64,000 nt of DNA from Cyanobacteria bacterium auto_48_18 (GTDB taxonomy: Bacteria; Cyanobacteriota; Vampirovibrionia; Obscuribacterales; Obscuribacteraceae): assembly GCA_036170915.1 (NCBI GenBank), contig JAVHQC010000035.1, positions 64,001-128,000 of the forward strand. The letters run 5' to 3'. A model generated the notes under the pieces. It did not search any database. It saw nothing but the letters and a program-made list of their open reading frames with translations, and had not been told where the DNA came from. Each line of letters opens with the position of its first letter. Position 1 is the first letter of the stretch. This document shows positions 20,468 through 29,393 of this stretch, piece by piece. Position numbers and translations under genes: made by a program.

Positions 20468-21490
20468 TTAGAATGGCTCAGGTAGCTCTTTTGGCAAAAG
20501 CGGCTGGGAGAATGCTCCGGGTTGAGCTTTCGCTTGACCGTATTGACTATAGTCGTGATTGTTGTTCGCTGAAACTCCCGGTGCACCAAGTAGACCAGGC
20601 ATTGGCCCAGCGTTGAATGGATTGGCCAGTGGTGCATTGGGCGGAGCGGTGGGCGGAGTCATTTTAGTCAAATCAACCGATCTGGTTAATCTCACAGGCA
20701 CCACATCACCTTCCTCAAGCAATAAATCTTTGCCGCGATAAGCGCGGCTGCTTCTGCGTGTTAAGCCAAAGGTCATGGAATTGACCATTGATCCGACTGA
20801 GTTTTTGTAGTCAGCCAAAGACAAACCTGGCCCGCGCACTATGGGTGCTTTTTTCATATCATGGGCGGGATTACGATCGATAAAACCAGTAAATGGTGTA
20901 GAGCGGCCGTCAGGAAACACCAGGGTAGTTAGACCAATCTCGACATTACCGGACGCGCCTCGCTGTCTCTGTATAGCCGCAGGAGCGGCCACCACAACTT
21001 TGCCGATGATGCGCGAGCCGCGTGGTATCAGTTCATTGCCATTTTGAGAATAGCCGTCTACAAGGACGATGGAAAACAGATCTCCAGACATACTTTTTTT
21101 TGAAGAAATATCGTCACCCAGAACACCGGTCAAGACAGAACCGGCACCAATGCGCGAATTGATCATCTGTTGAATCATTTCATTTGAAACTGCACCAGGA
21201 CGATTGAAGGCACCAGGTCCTGCGTACGGCGCTTCAGGTGCGGCCATCAACGAGGGAGCCATACCACTGGAATTGGCATTATTGCCAGCACCAGATCCAG
21301 AATTAACCAGCCCAGGAACCGAACCAGGTGGTGGTGGAACATAGCCTTTGCCCATGGGACCAGATGGTGGCGCTCCTTCTGGATGCTGCATTTGCCACTG
21401 TTCACGGCTACTTGCCGGTGAAAGAGAAAGACACAAGCAGAGCATTAAAGCTGCTGTCGCGTTCAGGTTTGCTTGCGCTTTAACCTGCAT
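20468..21490 (-). CDS. Exported Pro/Gly-rich protein with TrbI/VirB10-like beta domain
   Basis: Signal peptide; ISSKKSMSGDLF..LIPRGSRIIGKV..LVFPDGR pattern. Confidence 0.65.
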   Translation of the reverse strand: MQVKAQANLNATAALMLCLCLSLSPASSREQWQMQHPEGAPPSGPMGKGYVPPPPGSVPGLVNSGSGAGNNANSSGMAPSLMAAPEAPYAGPGAFNRPGAVSNEMIQQMINSRIGAGSVLTGVLGDDISSKKSMSGDLFSIVLVDGYSQNGNELIPRGSRIIGKVVVAAPAAIQRQRGASGNVEIGLTTLVFPDGRSTPFTGFIDRNPAHDMKKAPIVRGPGLSLADYKNSVGSMVNSMTFGLTRRSSRAYRGKDLLLEEGDVVPVRLTRSVDLTKMTPPTAPPNAPLANPFNAGPMPGLLGAPGVSANNNHDYSQYGQAKAQPGAFSQPLLPKELPEPF

Positions 21491-21656
21491 ATTTTTCCTC
21501 CCCCAGAGTCTAAAAAGAAAGGAAAGATTATTTTCTTTCGGTTCTTAAGCCTATTCTATGTGGATTTTAAGCTAATTAGCAAATTATTGCGTAATAGAAG
21601 CGACCTTTGAAAATTCTGAAAGTGCGCACTGTGTTACGATCTCCCCTTCATATAAG

Positions 21657-21700
21657 TACTCCTTTGCCTGCCGAGCAGGACGTTTAGACCATAGGGGATA
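21657..21700 (+). promoter_or_regulatory. Candidate S6:S18 ribosomal protein mRNA leader
   Basis: CTCCT anti-SD, CCTGC-CGA-GCAGG hairpin, then ACGTTTAGACCATAGGGG directly before rpsF. Confidence 0.65.
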
Positions 21701-21705
21701 AAGCA

Positions 21706-22035
21706 TTGGCTGAATCTAAAAAACAAAAACAGTACGAATCGGTTTTCATCGTCAGACCAAATCTGGATGAAGACGCTGTAGACCGCACCATCAGCGCCGT
21801 TGAAGAATTTATCAAGGCTCAGGGTGGCTCAGTCGACTCAGTAGACAAAAAAGGCCGTAAAAGATTGGCCTATGAAGTGGAAAAAATGCGTGATGGCTAC
21901 TATGTCGTCATTACTTTCACAGCTAAGACCGAGTCTATTTCACCGTTGAAGAGAATGATGGTTCTATCAGAAGACATCATCCGCTCACTCATTGTTGTGT
22001 TGGAAGAAGAAGCGAAAGCAGCTACTAATCAGTAA
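21706..22035 (+). CDS. rpsF: 30S ribosomal protein S6
   Basis: YESVFIVRPNL, GRKRLAYEV, GYYV; TTG start. Confidence 0.97.
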   Translation: MAESKKQKQYESVFIVRPNLDEDAVDRTISAVEEFIKAQGGSVDSVDKKGRKRLAYEVEKMRDGYYVVITFTAKTESISPLKRMMVLSEDIIRSLIVVLEEEAKAATNQ

Positions 22036-22067
22036 TACACAGTAATTCAGAGTAAGCAGGTAATGCC

Positions 22068-22547
22068 ATGAGTTTGAGCAAAATAGTCATTTCAGGGCGG
22101 GTAGTGAAAGCTCCAGAAAAGCGTTTCACACCTAACAACAACGTGGCCGTTACTGAATTCACCATTGGTGTGGATTCACCTAATCGTCAAGACGGTGGAG
22201 TAGATACCAACTTCGTCAAAGTAATCACCTGGAGAGATCTGGCTGAGCGTTCCGCTCTCGAGATCAAGAAAGGCGATTATGTGGCAGTTGATGGTCGGCT
22301 ACAAGTAAACAACTACACCACAGCTGAAGGCGCCAAACGCCGCGATGTGGAAGTAGATGCAGTGGCAGTGGAAAATCTTTCGCTCACAGTGAGCGGAGAG
22401 GGAGAAACCAAGAGCAAAGGTCCGGAAGACGAAAGTCGCCTGGCTGCTGTATCAGGTAAGAAGCCACAAGGTAAAAACATAGTAGAAGGTAAAGAACCGG
22501 AAGACCTCGACGCCATCTTCTCTTCAGAAGACGAGATTCCGTTCTAA
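22068..22547 (+). CDS. ssb: Single-stranded DNA-binding protein
   Basis: OB fold (KGDYVAVDGRL), acidic C-terminal DEIPF; between rpsF and rpsR. Confidence 0.95.
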   Translation: MSLSKIVISGRVVKAPEKRFTPNNNVAVTEFTIGVDSPNRQDGGVDTNFVKVITWRDLAERSALEIKKGDYVAVDGRLQVNNYTTAEGAKRRDVEVDAVAVENLSLTVSGEGETKSKGPEDESRLAAVSGKKPQGKNIVEGKEPEDLDAIFSSEDEIPF

Positions 22548-22572
22548 ATTGCATTTTCAGGAGAATTTTTAA

Positions 22573-22815
22573 ATGGGCAGAATGTCAAATGACTCAGCAC
22601 CACCACGCCGTCGCAAGACATGTGGCTTTTGCGCTGACAAAGTAGAATTTATCGATTACAAAGATCCGAACCGTTTGAAAAAGTTCGTCACTGAGCGCGG
22701 CAAAATTTTGCCACGCAGAATCAGCGGCAACTGCGCTAAGCACCAGCGCTCACTTACTGTTGCCATTAAACGGGCTCGTGATATTGCTCTTATGCCTTAC
22801 ATGGCTGAAGGCTAG
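22573..22815 (+). CDS. rpsR: 30S ribosomal protein S18 (Zn-binding form)
   Basis: [28 protein letters not shown]. Confidence 0.98.
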   Translation: MGRMSNDSAPPRRRKTCGFCADKVEFIDYKDPNRLKKFVTERGKILPRRISGNCAKHQRSLTVAIKRARDIALMPYMAEG

Positions 22816-22909
22816 ATCGCTGTTGTATAGAATTAGTGCAAGTAGTCTTATAACTAGCCGAAATAGAGATTCTATTTTCATTTCGGCTGTTGTAAGATTA
22901 TTTGCCCGC

Positions 22910-22992
22910 GCCGAAGTGGTGAAATGGCAAACACGCTACGTTCAGGTCGTAGTGAGAGCAATCTCTTGGGGGTTCAAGTCCCCCCTTCGGCA
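22910..22992 (+). tRNA. tRNA-Leu(CAG), CCA not encoded
   Basis: Acceptor GCCGAAG/CTTCGGC plus A; anticodon arm CTACG-TTCAGGT-CGTAG; long variable arm; GGTTCAAGTCC T-arm. Confidence 0.96.
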
Positions 22993-23029
22993 GTTTTTTG
23001 TTAATAGTTATTGATTTTACGAGGTACGC

Positions 23030-23593
23030 TTGAGCACAATCGATCCCCGTCGTCCGGACGCAAGACGAGACCTTCCCCCTCTCAACGAACGCATCCGCGA
23101 TCGTGAAGTCAGACTTATTGATGAGGATGGTAGTCAGCTGGGAATTGTGCCTACTCGTGAGGCCCTAGCTGCCGCCAAAGAAAAAGGTCTTGATCTTTTA
23201 CTCGTCCAGCCAGATGCTAATCCTCCTGTAGCCCGCATTCTTGACTATGGCCGACACAAGTTTGAACTGGAGAAACGCGCCAGAGAAACGAAGAAAAAGC
23301 ATCACATCCAGGATGTGAAAGAAATCAAGATGCGCTACAAAATCGAAAATCACGATTTTGATGTGAAGTTACGCAGCGCTCAAAAGTTCTTAATCGAAGG
23401 CGACAAGATAAAAGTCTTGATTCTCCTGCGTGGCCGCGAGATGCAGCATGCCAACATGGCAATCGATCTCATGAATCGTTACGCAGAAGCCCTCAAAGAT
23501 TTATGTTTGATTGACAGAGAGGCCAAACTCGAGGGCAAGAGTGTTATCATGATTCTTTCGCCCCTTCCTTCAAGGGGCAAATCGCCTGCTTAA
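23030..23593 (+). CDS. infC: Translation initiation factor IF-3
   Basis: NERI..EVRLIDEDG, PPVARILDYG, KEIKMR, LRGRE; GAGGT SD before TTG. Confidence 0.97.
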   Translation: MSTIDPRRPDARRDLPPLNERIRDREVRLIDEDGSQLGIVPTREALAAAKEKGLDLLLVQPDANPPVARILDYGRHKFELEKRARETKKKHHIQDVKEIKMRYKIENHDFDVKLRSAQKFLIEGDKIKVLILLRGREMQHANMAIDLMNRYAEALKDLCLIDREAKLEGKSVIMILSPLPSRGKSPA

Positions 23594-23710
23594 CTGGATT
23601 TCAGAACTCTGAGAACAGTAAAAGTTGTCGAAATTGTGACTGTCCAATTATTGCGATGCTTGTTGCAATCACTATTGCAATAGAACGTTCACCCAGAGAG
23701 TGGAACCAAA

Positions 23711-23920
23711 ATGCCTAAGATGAAAACCAATAAGGCTGCCGCTCGCCGCTTCAAAATCACCGGTACCGGTAAGATTTTGCGCAGGCAAGCTGGTAGTCGC
23801 CACTTAAACGAGTGGAAGTCAGCCAAAGTGAAGCGCAATCTGCGCGGAACTACAGCCGTGCATCCTGATGTTGAGGAACACGTACTGTCCATGTTCCCTT
23901 ACAGAAAATACTTGCGTTAA
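23711..23920 (+). CDS. rpmI: 50S ribosomal protein L35
   Basis: [21 protein letters not shown]. Confidence 0.98.
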   Translation: MPKMKTNKAAARRFKITGTGKILRRQAGSRHLNEWKSAKVKRNLRGTTAVHPDVEEHVLSMFPYRKYLR

Positions 23921-23939
23921 TCCAGTTCGAAGTCCGCAA

Positions 23940-23976
23940 GCCAGGTCCAAGGGATTACTCCTCTCCGACGACCGGC
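23940..23976 (+). promoter_or_regulatory. Candidate L20-binding mRNA element between rpmI and rplT
   Basis: GCC(A)GGUC/GACCGGC stem, CAA/GAC internal loop, GG/CC stem. Confidence 0.5.
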
Positions 23977-24049
23977 ACCGTTTTCGCTAAAGCTAAGTAG
24001 CTATCAAGCCTAAACATCTACACATCTCTTCTTTGAAGAAGGAGCAAAA

Positions 24050-24418
24050 ATGCCCAGAGTAAAAAGAGGCAACGTCCTCCAGAAACGCCACAAGAAAATC
24101 CTCAAGTACGCTAAAGGTTTCCGCGGCTCCAAATCCAAAATATTCATAGCTGCTAACCAGGCAGTAATGCAGGCCTGGAAGAATGCTTACAGAGATCGTA
24201 AGAAACGCAAACGGGACTTCAGAAGTTTGTGGATCACCAGAATCAACGCTGCCGCCAGAATTCATGGCATGAGCTACAGTGTGATGATGAATGGTCTGAA
24301 GAAAGCCAATATCGAAGTCAATCGCAAGATGCTTGCCGAACTGGCAGTCACTAACAAAGAAGCCTTCACCAAACTGGCTGAATCAGCCAAAGAAGCCGTT
24401 GGCGCTGCTAAAAAATAA
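24050..24418 (+). CDS. rplT: 50S ribosomal protein L20
   Basis: [30 protein letters not shown]. Confidence 0.98.
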   Translation: MPRVKRGNVLQKRHKKILKYAKGFRGSKSKIFIAANQAVMQAWKNAYRDRKKRKRDFRSLWITRINAAARIHGMSYSVMMNGLKKANIEVNRKMLAELAVTNKEAFTKLAESAKEAVGAAKK

Positions 24419-24445
24419 GTGTGTTTTTGTGGAGATTGAGTTGAA

Positions 24446-25249
24446 GTGAGAATAGTCACTCTCAGCTCGCCATCAAACCCGCTTCTTAAAAGGATTCGCT
24501 CACTTCATGAGCGCCAAGCCCGGCACAAAGCCGGGCTTTTCCTTATTGAAAGCGAAACTGTGTTGATGGAAGCTTTTGCCCGTGATTTTGAAATTGAAGC
24601 TGTTGTTGTGGACAGAGAATATTTCGAAAAGGGATTTCCTGAAACTTTCGATGACAATTTAATTGAACTCAACGTTGTTGAAACAGCGCTATTTAAAACT
24701 CTGCCAACTACATCTACTCCAAGTGGTGTCGTTGCTATTGCAAAGGCGCGTGACCACAGCCTGGACGGTTTGCTGCAAGCAATAGATCACGACCACGTCA
24801 CTCTTGTAGTTTGTGAAAATGTGCAAGATCCGGGCAACCTTGGCACCATCATTCGCACCGCTTTAGCCTTTGGTGCCGGCGGCTTGATTTTAACGCGCGG
24901 CTCCGTCGACATATACAATCCAAAGGTAGTGCGCTCGGCCATGGGAGCTCTTTTTCAATTGCCTATTGCCACAAACGTTGAGCTTGGCGAATGCCACCAA
25001 CAACTAAAAAGTCGAGGCATTGATATTGTCGCGCTTAATCCCGAGGCAGAACAATCATTTACCGATTTGAAATACGGAAAAAAGGTCGCGCTACTTCTGG
25101 GTAATGAAGCCAACGGCCTAACTCTAGAAGCTGAAGCAATGGTGACTAGAGCCGTAAGAATACCGATGCACGGAGATGTAGAGTCGCTAAATGTTGCCAT
25201 CGCCGCTGGTGTCGTCTTGTTTCATGTCAGCAGTATGGCTGCGCGTTAA
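24446..25249 (+). CDS. TrmH/SpoU family RNA methyltransferase
   Basis: VQDPGNLGTIIRTA, LGNEANG, ESLNVAIA. Confidence 0.93.
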   Translation: MRIVTLSSPSNPLLKRIRSLHERQARHKAGLFLIESETVLMEAFARDFEIEAVVVDREYFEKGFPETFDDNLIELNVVETALFKTLPTTSTPSGVVAIAKARDHSLDGLLQAIDHDHVTLVVCENVQDPGNLGTIIRTALAFGAGGLILTRGSVDIYNPKVVRSAMGALFQLPIATNVELGECHQQLKSRGIDIVALNPEAEQSFTDLKYGKKVALLLGNEANGLTLEAEAMVTRAVRIPMHGDVESLNVAIAAGVVLFHVSSMAAR

Positions 25250-25259
25250 TCATACTTAG

Positions 25260-25877
25260 TTAGTTGAAACCATATTCGTCGCATTCTTCTTCGACGGTTA
25301 AGTCAAGAATTACGTCCTCGTATATGGCTGAAACAGGCACTTCCAGAGCTGGCGACAAAGCGCTTAATGTCAACGAGTCACTATAAGTGAGGACTTTCCC
25401 TTCCCACTGGTTATCGCTAGCCAGTTGATATAGGTCTACTTGAAATTTGTTCTGATGAACTATGGCATATTGCTTGAGACTTTCTAGCAGCCTGTAAGCT
25501 ACTAGCTTCTCCCGTCGGTCGATGTGAGAAGTTGATGGTGATAAAACCTCCACAATTAATACAGGGGCTCGCTTAAAAACGCTCTTGCCCTCATAAGGCT
25601 CGCAGCTGACCATCAGATCTGGATAGTAAAAGCTCTTTGCCTTTTCCACATTGACTTTCATATCGTGCATAGAAACTCGACAACTTGTGCCTTTAAGGTG
25701 GTTGTGAAGCAAATTACAGAAATTTACGCAAATAACGTCATGGGCCTGAGTGGCTCCAGTCATAGAAAAAATCTGGCCACATACATATTCATTTCTGACC
25801 GTGGACGTTTCTTCTTGAGCCAAATACTCTTGGACAGTCAGGTCCGGCAATTTCAAAAATTGAGACATTGACTTCAC
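25260..25877 (-). CDS. Uma2 family endonuclease-like protein
   Basis: YYPDLMV, LIVEVLSPST..DRREKL..Y; start may be 25868. Confidence 0.9.
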   Translation of the reverse strand: MKSMSQFLKLPDLTVQEYLAQEETSTVRNEYVCGQIFSMTGATQAHDVICVNFCNLLHNHLKGTSCRVSMHDMKVNVEKAKSFYYPDLMVSCEPYEGKSVFKRAPVLIVEVLSPSTSHIDRREKLVAYRLLESLKQYAIVHQNKFQVDLYQLASDNQWEGKVLTYSDSLTLSALSPALEVPVSAIYEDVILDLTVEEECDEYGFN

Positions 25878-26022
25878 TCCTGCACAGTATCTCTAATTAT
25901 TATACGACGGTTGTCAAATCTCAAATTAGAGCGCGTGGGGTGCGCAAAACTAAAACGTCTACGCTCTAGTTTTGAGAACAACTAAACTGCGCAGCAAGGG
26001 CCATAATTGCTAAAATTAGGCC

Positions 26023-26832
26023 ATGGTGAAAAAACTCGAAAAAGTCAAAGCAGATGTTGATCTGGAGCCAAGTTCGGGCTTTCAGCCGATCACGGCAGCG
26101 GACGAAGAAAAATCTGCCGACGACGATCAGTTAGATTCGCACACCATGACTGTGGTTGAGCATCTAGATGAGTTGCGCTGGCGAATTATTCGTAGTGTTG
26201 GCTATATAACCGCGGCCTTCATCGGTTCACTCTTTCTCACTAAAAGCGTGCTACGCATTTTGCAAAAACCAGCAGGCAATATAGTGTTTCAAGCACTTTC
26301 AATAGAAGAGCCGCTGGTGGTATTCATCAAAGTGACTTCATACCTTGCTCTGATAATTGCCTCGCCATTTATACTCTGGGAAGTGGGACGTTTTGTGGCT
26401 CCTGGGCTAACCAGGCAAGAAAAACGCATTGTCTCGCCTGTGGTTTTCGGCAGCCCTTTATTGTTTTGTTGCGGCGCGATTTTCGCTTATTTTTGTTTGT
26501 TACCGCCGATGTTGAGCTTCTTCGGAAATTTCAGCCAGGGCATTTCGCCCATCAATCAGCGTCTCGACTACTACATTTCACTTGTATGTTCAATTCTGCT
26601 CTATATGGGCCTTTGCTTTCAAATTCCCATTGTCATATTTACTCTTGCTATGGCCGGCCTGGTCAATTCGCAGCAACTGATTAAAATCTGGCGTTACGCT
26701 GTCTTTGGCAGTGGCATGGTGGCATGCGTATTGACGCCTGACCCCACCGCTTTTTCAATGCTTATTGTTACAGCAGCATTGAGTGGCCTGTATTTCTTAT
26801 CGATTATTCTGCTCAAGTGTTTTGGTAAGTGA
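26023..26832 (+). CDS. tatC: Twin-arginine translocase subunit TatC
   Basis: EHLDELRWRI, FVAPGL..EK, FQIP, LTPDP. Confidence 0.95.
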   Translation: MVKKLEKVKADVDLEPSSGFQPITAADEEKSADDDQLDSHTMTVVEHLDELRWRIIRSVGYITAAFIGSLFLTKSVLRILQKPAGNIVFQALSIEEPLVVFIKVTSYLALIIASPFILWEVGRFVAPGLTRQEKRIVSPVVFGSPLLFCCGAIFAYFCLLPPMLSFFGNFSQGISPINQRLDYYISLVCSILLYMGLCFQIPIVIFTLAMAGLVNSQQLIKIWRYAVFGSGMVACVLTPDPTAFSMLIVTAALSGLYFLSIILLKCFGK

Positions 26833-28028
26833 TGGACTGGCAGCTGATCTCCCATTATCTTCTGGCGATACTGGCCCTGCCTGTCTCTGTCATTACTGTC
26901 AAGAGCGTAATAGAAAATTCAGGCACATTGTTTGATGAAGATCTGACGATAAAGGATCGAGTATTACTGAAACAATTTGCCTTCTTCGTGCTACTGCCCG
27001 TGGTGGTACTTTTTCATGAACTGGGTCACGCTCTTGCTGCGCGTGTTTTCGGTGCCACCATCAGCGCCTTTCACTGGAGCATGTTCTGGGGTGAAGTGAC
27101 AATTGACGGCAGGCTTACTCCGCTGCAACATTATGTAATTGCTCTGGCGGGAAATCTATTTCAATTAGCGGCCTGCTTTTTCGCCCTTGCTGTGGCCATG
27201 ATAGAAAGCTCTCCAGCCATAGTTGCTCTGTGTATTTATTTCTATCTCTTTGACGGATTGGCTTGTCTGCTTGGCTATCCCATACTATCGCTAACTTCAT
27301 GGAACGATGACTTTGCCATAATTTATGGACAGGGTGGCCCAGTACTCGGCACCGTCACCGGTATCATTCACTTGATTCTAATTGCTCTATTTCTTGCCTC
27401 TTACTTTAGTAGCCCGGCTAAATTATGGTTTGTACGCAAAACTAGACCTGCCTGGTATCGGGAATTTGCAAAAACGCTGGCCAGGGCCAAGCAAGAGAAT
27501 GATGCGGTCAACTATCTGGCGGTGGCGTGGCAGTATTATTTTGTCGGTTTAGACAAACTTTGCGAGCAGTGTTTGACCACCGTGGAGAAACTTGACGCAA
27601 AACTAATGGACGTTTGGTTATTACGTGGATATATCAATCAAAGTAAAGGCCGTTTTGACAGTGCCATTTTATGTTTTGAAGAAATTACCAGTAATGATGG
27701 TGACAGTGACAAGACTCTGCAAGCGCGGGCCTGGATGGCATGCGGTCACTGTCTGGCGCAAAAGCTGGAAAACGCCCGAAACCCCCAGTGGCACGATGTA
27801 TTAAAAACCTATAAGCAAGCTTCGACCGTAGCGCCGGAGCTGGCTGACCCACATTATTACCTTGGTGTAACACTGATTAAAGCCGGTCTATTAACTGATG
27901 CAGAAGCCGAGCTGCAACTTTGCCAGGGAAGCCAGGGACGGGTTCTGACCTGGCTTGACCCCATGCTCGGCTCGATGGTTCAGCAGGAAGTCAATACCAT
28001 TCGCAGTATGAGCAGGACCAAGCAATAA
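26829..28028 (+). CDS. M50-like intramembrane zinc metalloprotease with C-terminal TPRs
   Basis: HELGH in a TM helix, IALAG motif, multiple TMs, TPR helices. Confidence 0.8.
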   Translation: MMDWQLISHYLLAILALPVSVITVKSVIENSGTLFDEDLTIKDRVLLKQFAFFVLLPVVVLFHELGHALAARVFGATISAFHWSMFWGEVTIDGRLTPLQHYVIALAGNLFQLAACFFALAVAMIESSPAIVALCIYFYLFDGLACLLGYPILSLTSWNDDFAIIYGQGGPVLGTVTGIIHLILIALFLASYFSSPAKLWFVRKTRPAWYREFAKTLARAKQENDAVNYLAVAWQYYFVGLDKLCEQCLTTVEKLDAKLMDVWLLRGYINQSKGRFDSAILCFEEITSNDGDSDKTLQARAWMACGHCLAQKLENARNPQWHDVLKTYKQASTVAPELADPHYYLGVTLIKAGLLTDAEAELQLCQGSQGRVLTWLDPMLGSMVQQEVNTIRSMSRTKQ

Positions 28029-28114
28029 ATTTCTCTCACGCTTGTCAGGAGAATGCCTCCTATAATTACCGCAATCCGAAACAAATAACGGCGTTACTAA
28101 CGAAGGCATCTAAT

Positions 28115-29242
28115 TTGAACTTCAGCGCATTAGTCCATGAGCTGCTGACGCACCAATCCACTGCTATTGCCTGGGGCCTGGCGGTGCTAACTCTAGCCCT
28201 GGCGGCAGACACGCTAATCAGGCTTTATACAGAGCGTCACCGGCTGGTCAAAGAAGAGCTCAATGATGATGACCGGGCTTTTGCCTGGCGTCTTGTCATT
28301 TTTCTAGTCTTGCCGATTTTGGTTTTGATTGATCTTCGTGTCAGCGAAATCGTCATCGCTGCTGGTATCAAAGACGGTGGCACCATCGCACTATGTGGTG
28401 AATTGGTGCAATTGCTTTTTGCTCTGGTTTTGCTACCAGCATTACTAGTGCGGCCTCATCCATTCCTGGCCACCTTCCTCGGTTATACCGTCGCTTTTAC
28501 TCTCGGTCTCAATCTGGTACTAAATCCGACTCTGGCGCTGGCTGGTGTAGGCACCGAACGTCTCAATAATGCTTTCATCATTGTGCATACTCTGCTTACT
28601 GTGGCTTTTCTTTTTTGCTTGCGCTATTCGCCAGTGCGTCTGTGGTTTTCCGGTCTGACTCGGCCGCAGATTTCCAAAGAATTAGCTCAGTCAATTACGC
28701 TCTGGAAAGAGCACAAACATGACGCTAATTTGACTTTGCGCACCGGTTTGCTATACGTGAGAGCAGGCATGAATCGGCAGGCTAAACGACTGCTAAAACA
28801 TCTGGAATCAAATACTATTCATGCCACTTTTCTTAAGGCGCTAATTTGTTTTCGTCAGCGGCGTTATGCCCAAGCAAAAGTATTATTTGTGCAAACATCA
28901 GAATTTCAAGGTGTAGATGGAGAACTGAAAGCAACTTTACTAGCAGCTGCTGCCTGTGCCGCTTTTGCTAATGGAGAGATCATAAACAGCCTCAATCTCT
29001 GCGATCGCGCCCTTGAATTCGAAGATGCCTGCTTGACCGCTCGTATGGTTAGAGTTGATGTCTATCTGGCCCAAGGCAAAAAAGCTCAAGCGGCTCAGGA
29101 CATAATGGTGGCAATGCATCTCGGTTTAAATTTCGATCTCAAAGACAAAGTGCCGGTTGATATCGAGCAAACTTATATGCAAATAGCGGCACTATCAAAT
29201 CAAGCTCAGGAAGTGCGTTCTGAGATTCTTTTGAAAAATTGA
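28115..29242 (+). CDS. Membrane TPR protein, degenerate paralog of the upstream M50-like protease
   Basis: Colinear similarity to 26829..28028 but no HExxH. Confidence 0.7.
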   Translation: MNFSALVHELLTHQSTAIAWGLAVLTLALAADTLIRLYTERHRLVKEELNDDDRAFAWRLVIFLVLPILVLIDLRVSEIVIAAGIKDGGTIALCGELVQLLFALVLLPALLVRPHPFLATFLGYTVAFTLGLNLVLNPTLALAGVGTERLNNAFIIVHTLLTVAFLFCLRYSPVRLWFSGLTRPQISKELAQSITLWKEHKHDANLTLRTGLLYVRAGMNRQAKRLLKHLESNTIHATFLKALICFRQRRYAQAKVLFVQTSEFQGVDGELKATLLAAAACAAFANGEIINSLNLCDRALEFEDACLTARMVRVDVYLAQGKKAQAAQDIMVAMHLGLNFDLKDKVPVDIEQTYMQIAALSNQAQEVRSEILLKN

Positions 29243-29393
29243 TGCGGGTTATACGAAAAATCGCTTTCTTCTTTTTAGATAATACATATAATGGCAGAAG
29301 CCAAGTGTGAAAAAATGTCGCAAAGTAGCAAAAAGCTCAACGAGTCCAAAGAGTGTCTACAGGTATCCATGTCTTTGAGGTCCTGTTGCCAGC

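Noticed and set aside
20468..21490. Type IV secretion or conjugation locus
   Set aside because: A lone TrbI/VirB10-like domain with no other T4SS genes nearby.
16187..23000. Integrative element defined by the tyrosine recombinase and tRNA-Leu
   Set aside because: The recombinase is Xer-type, the neighbours are housekeeping genes, and I saw no duplicated tRNA 3' end.
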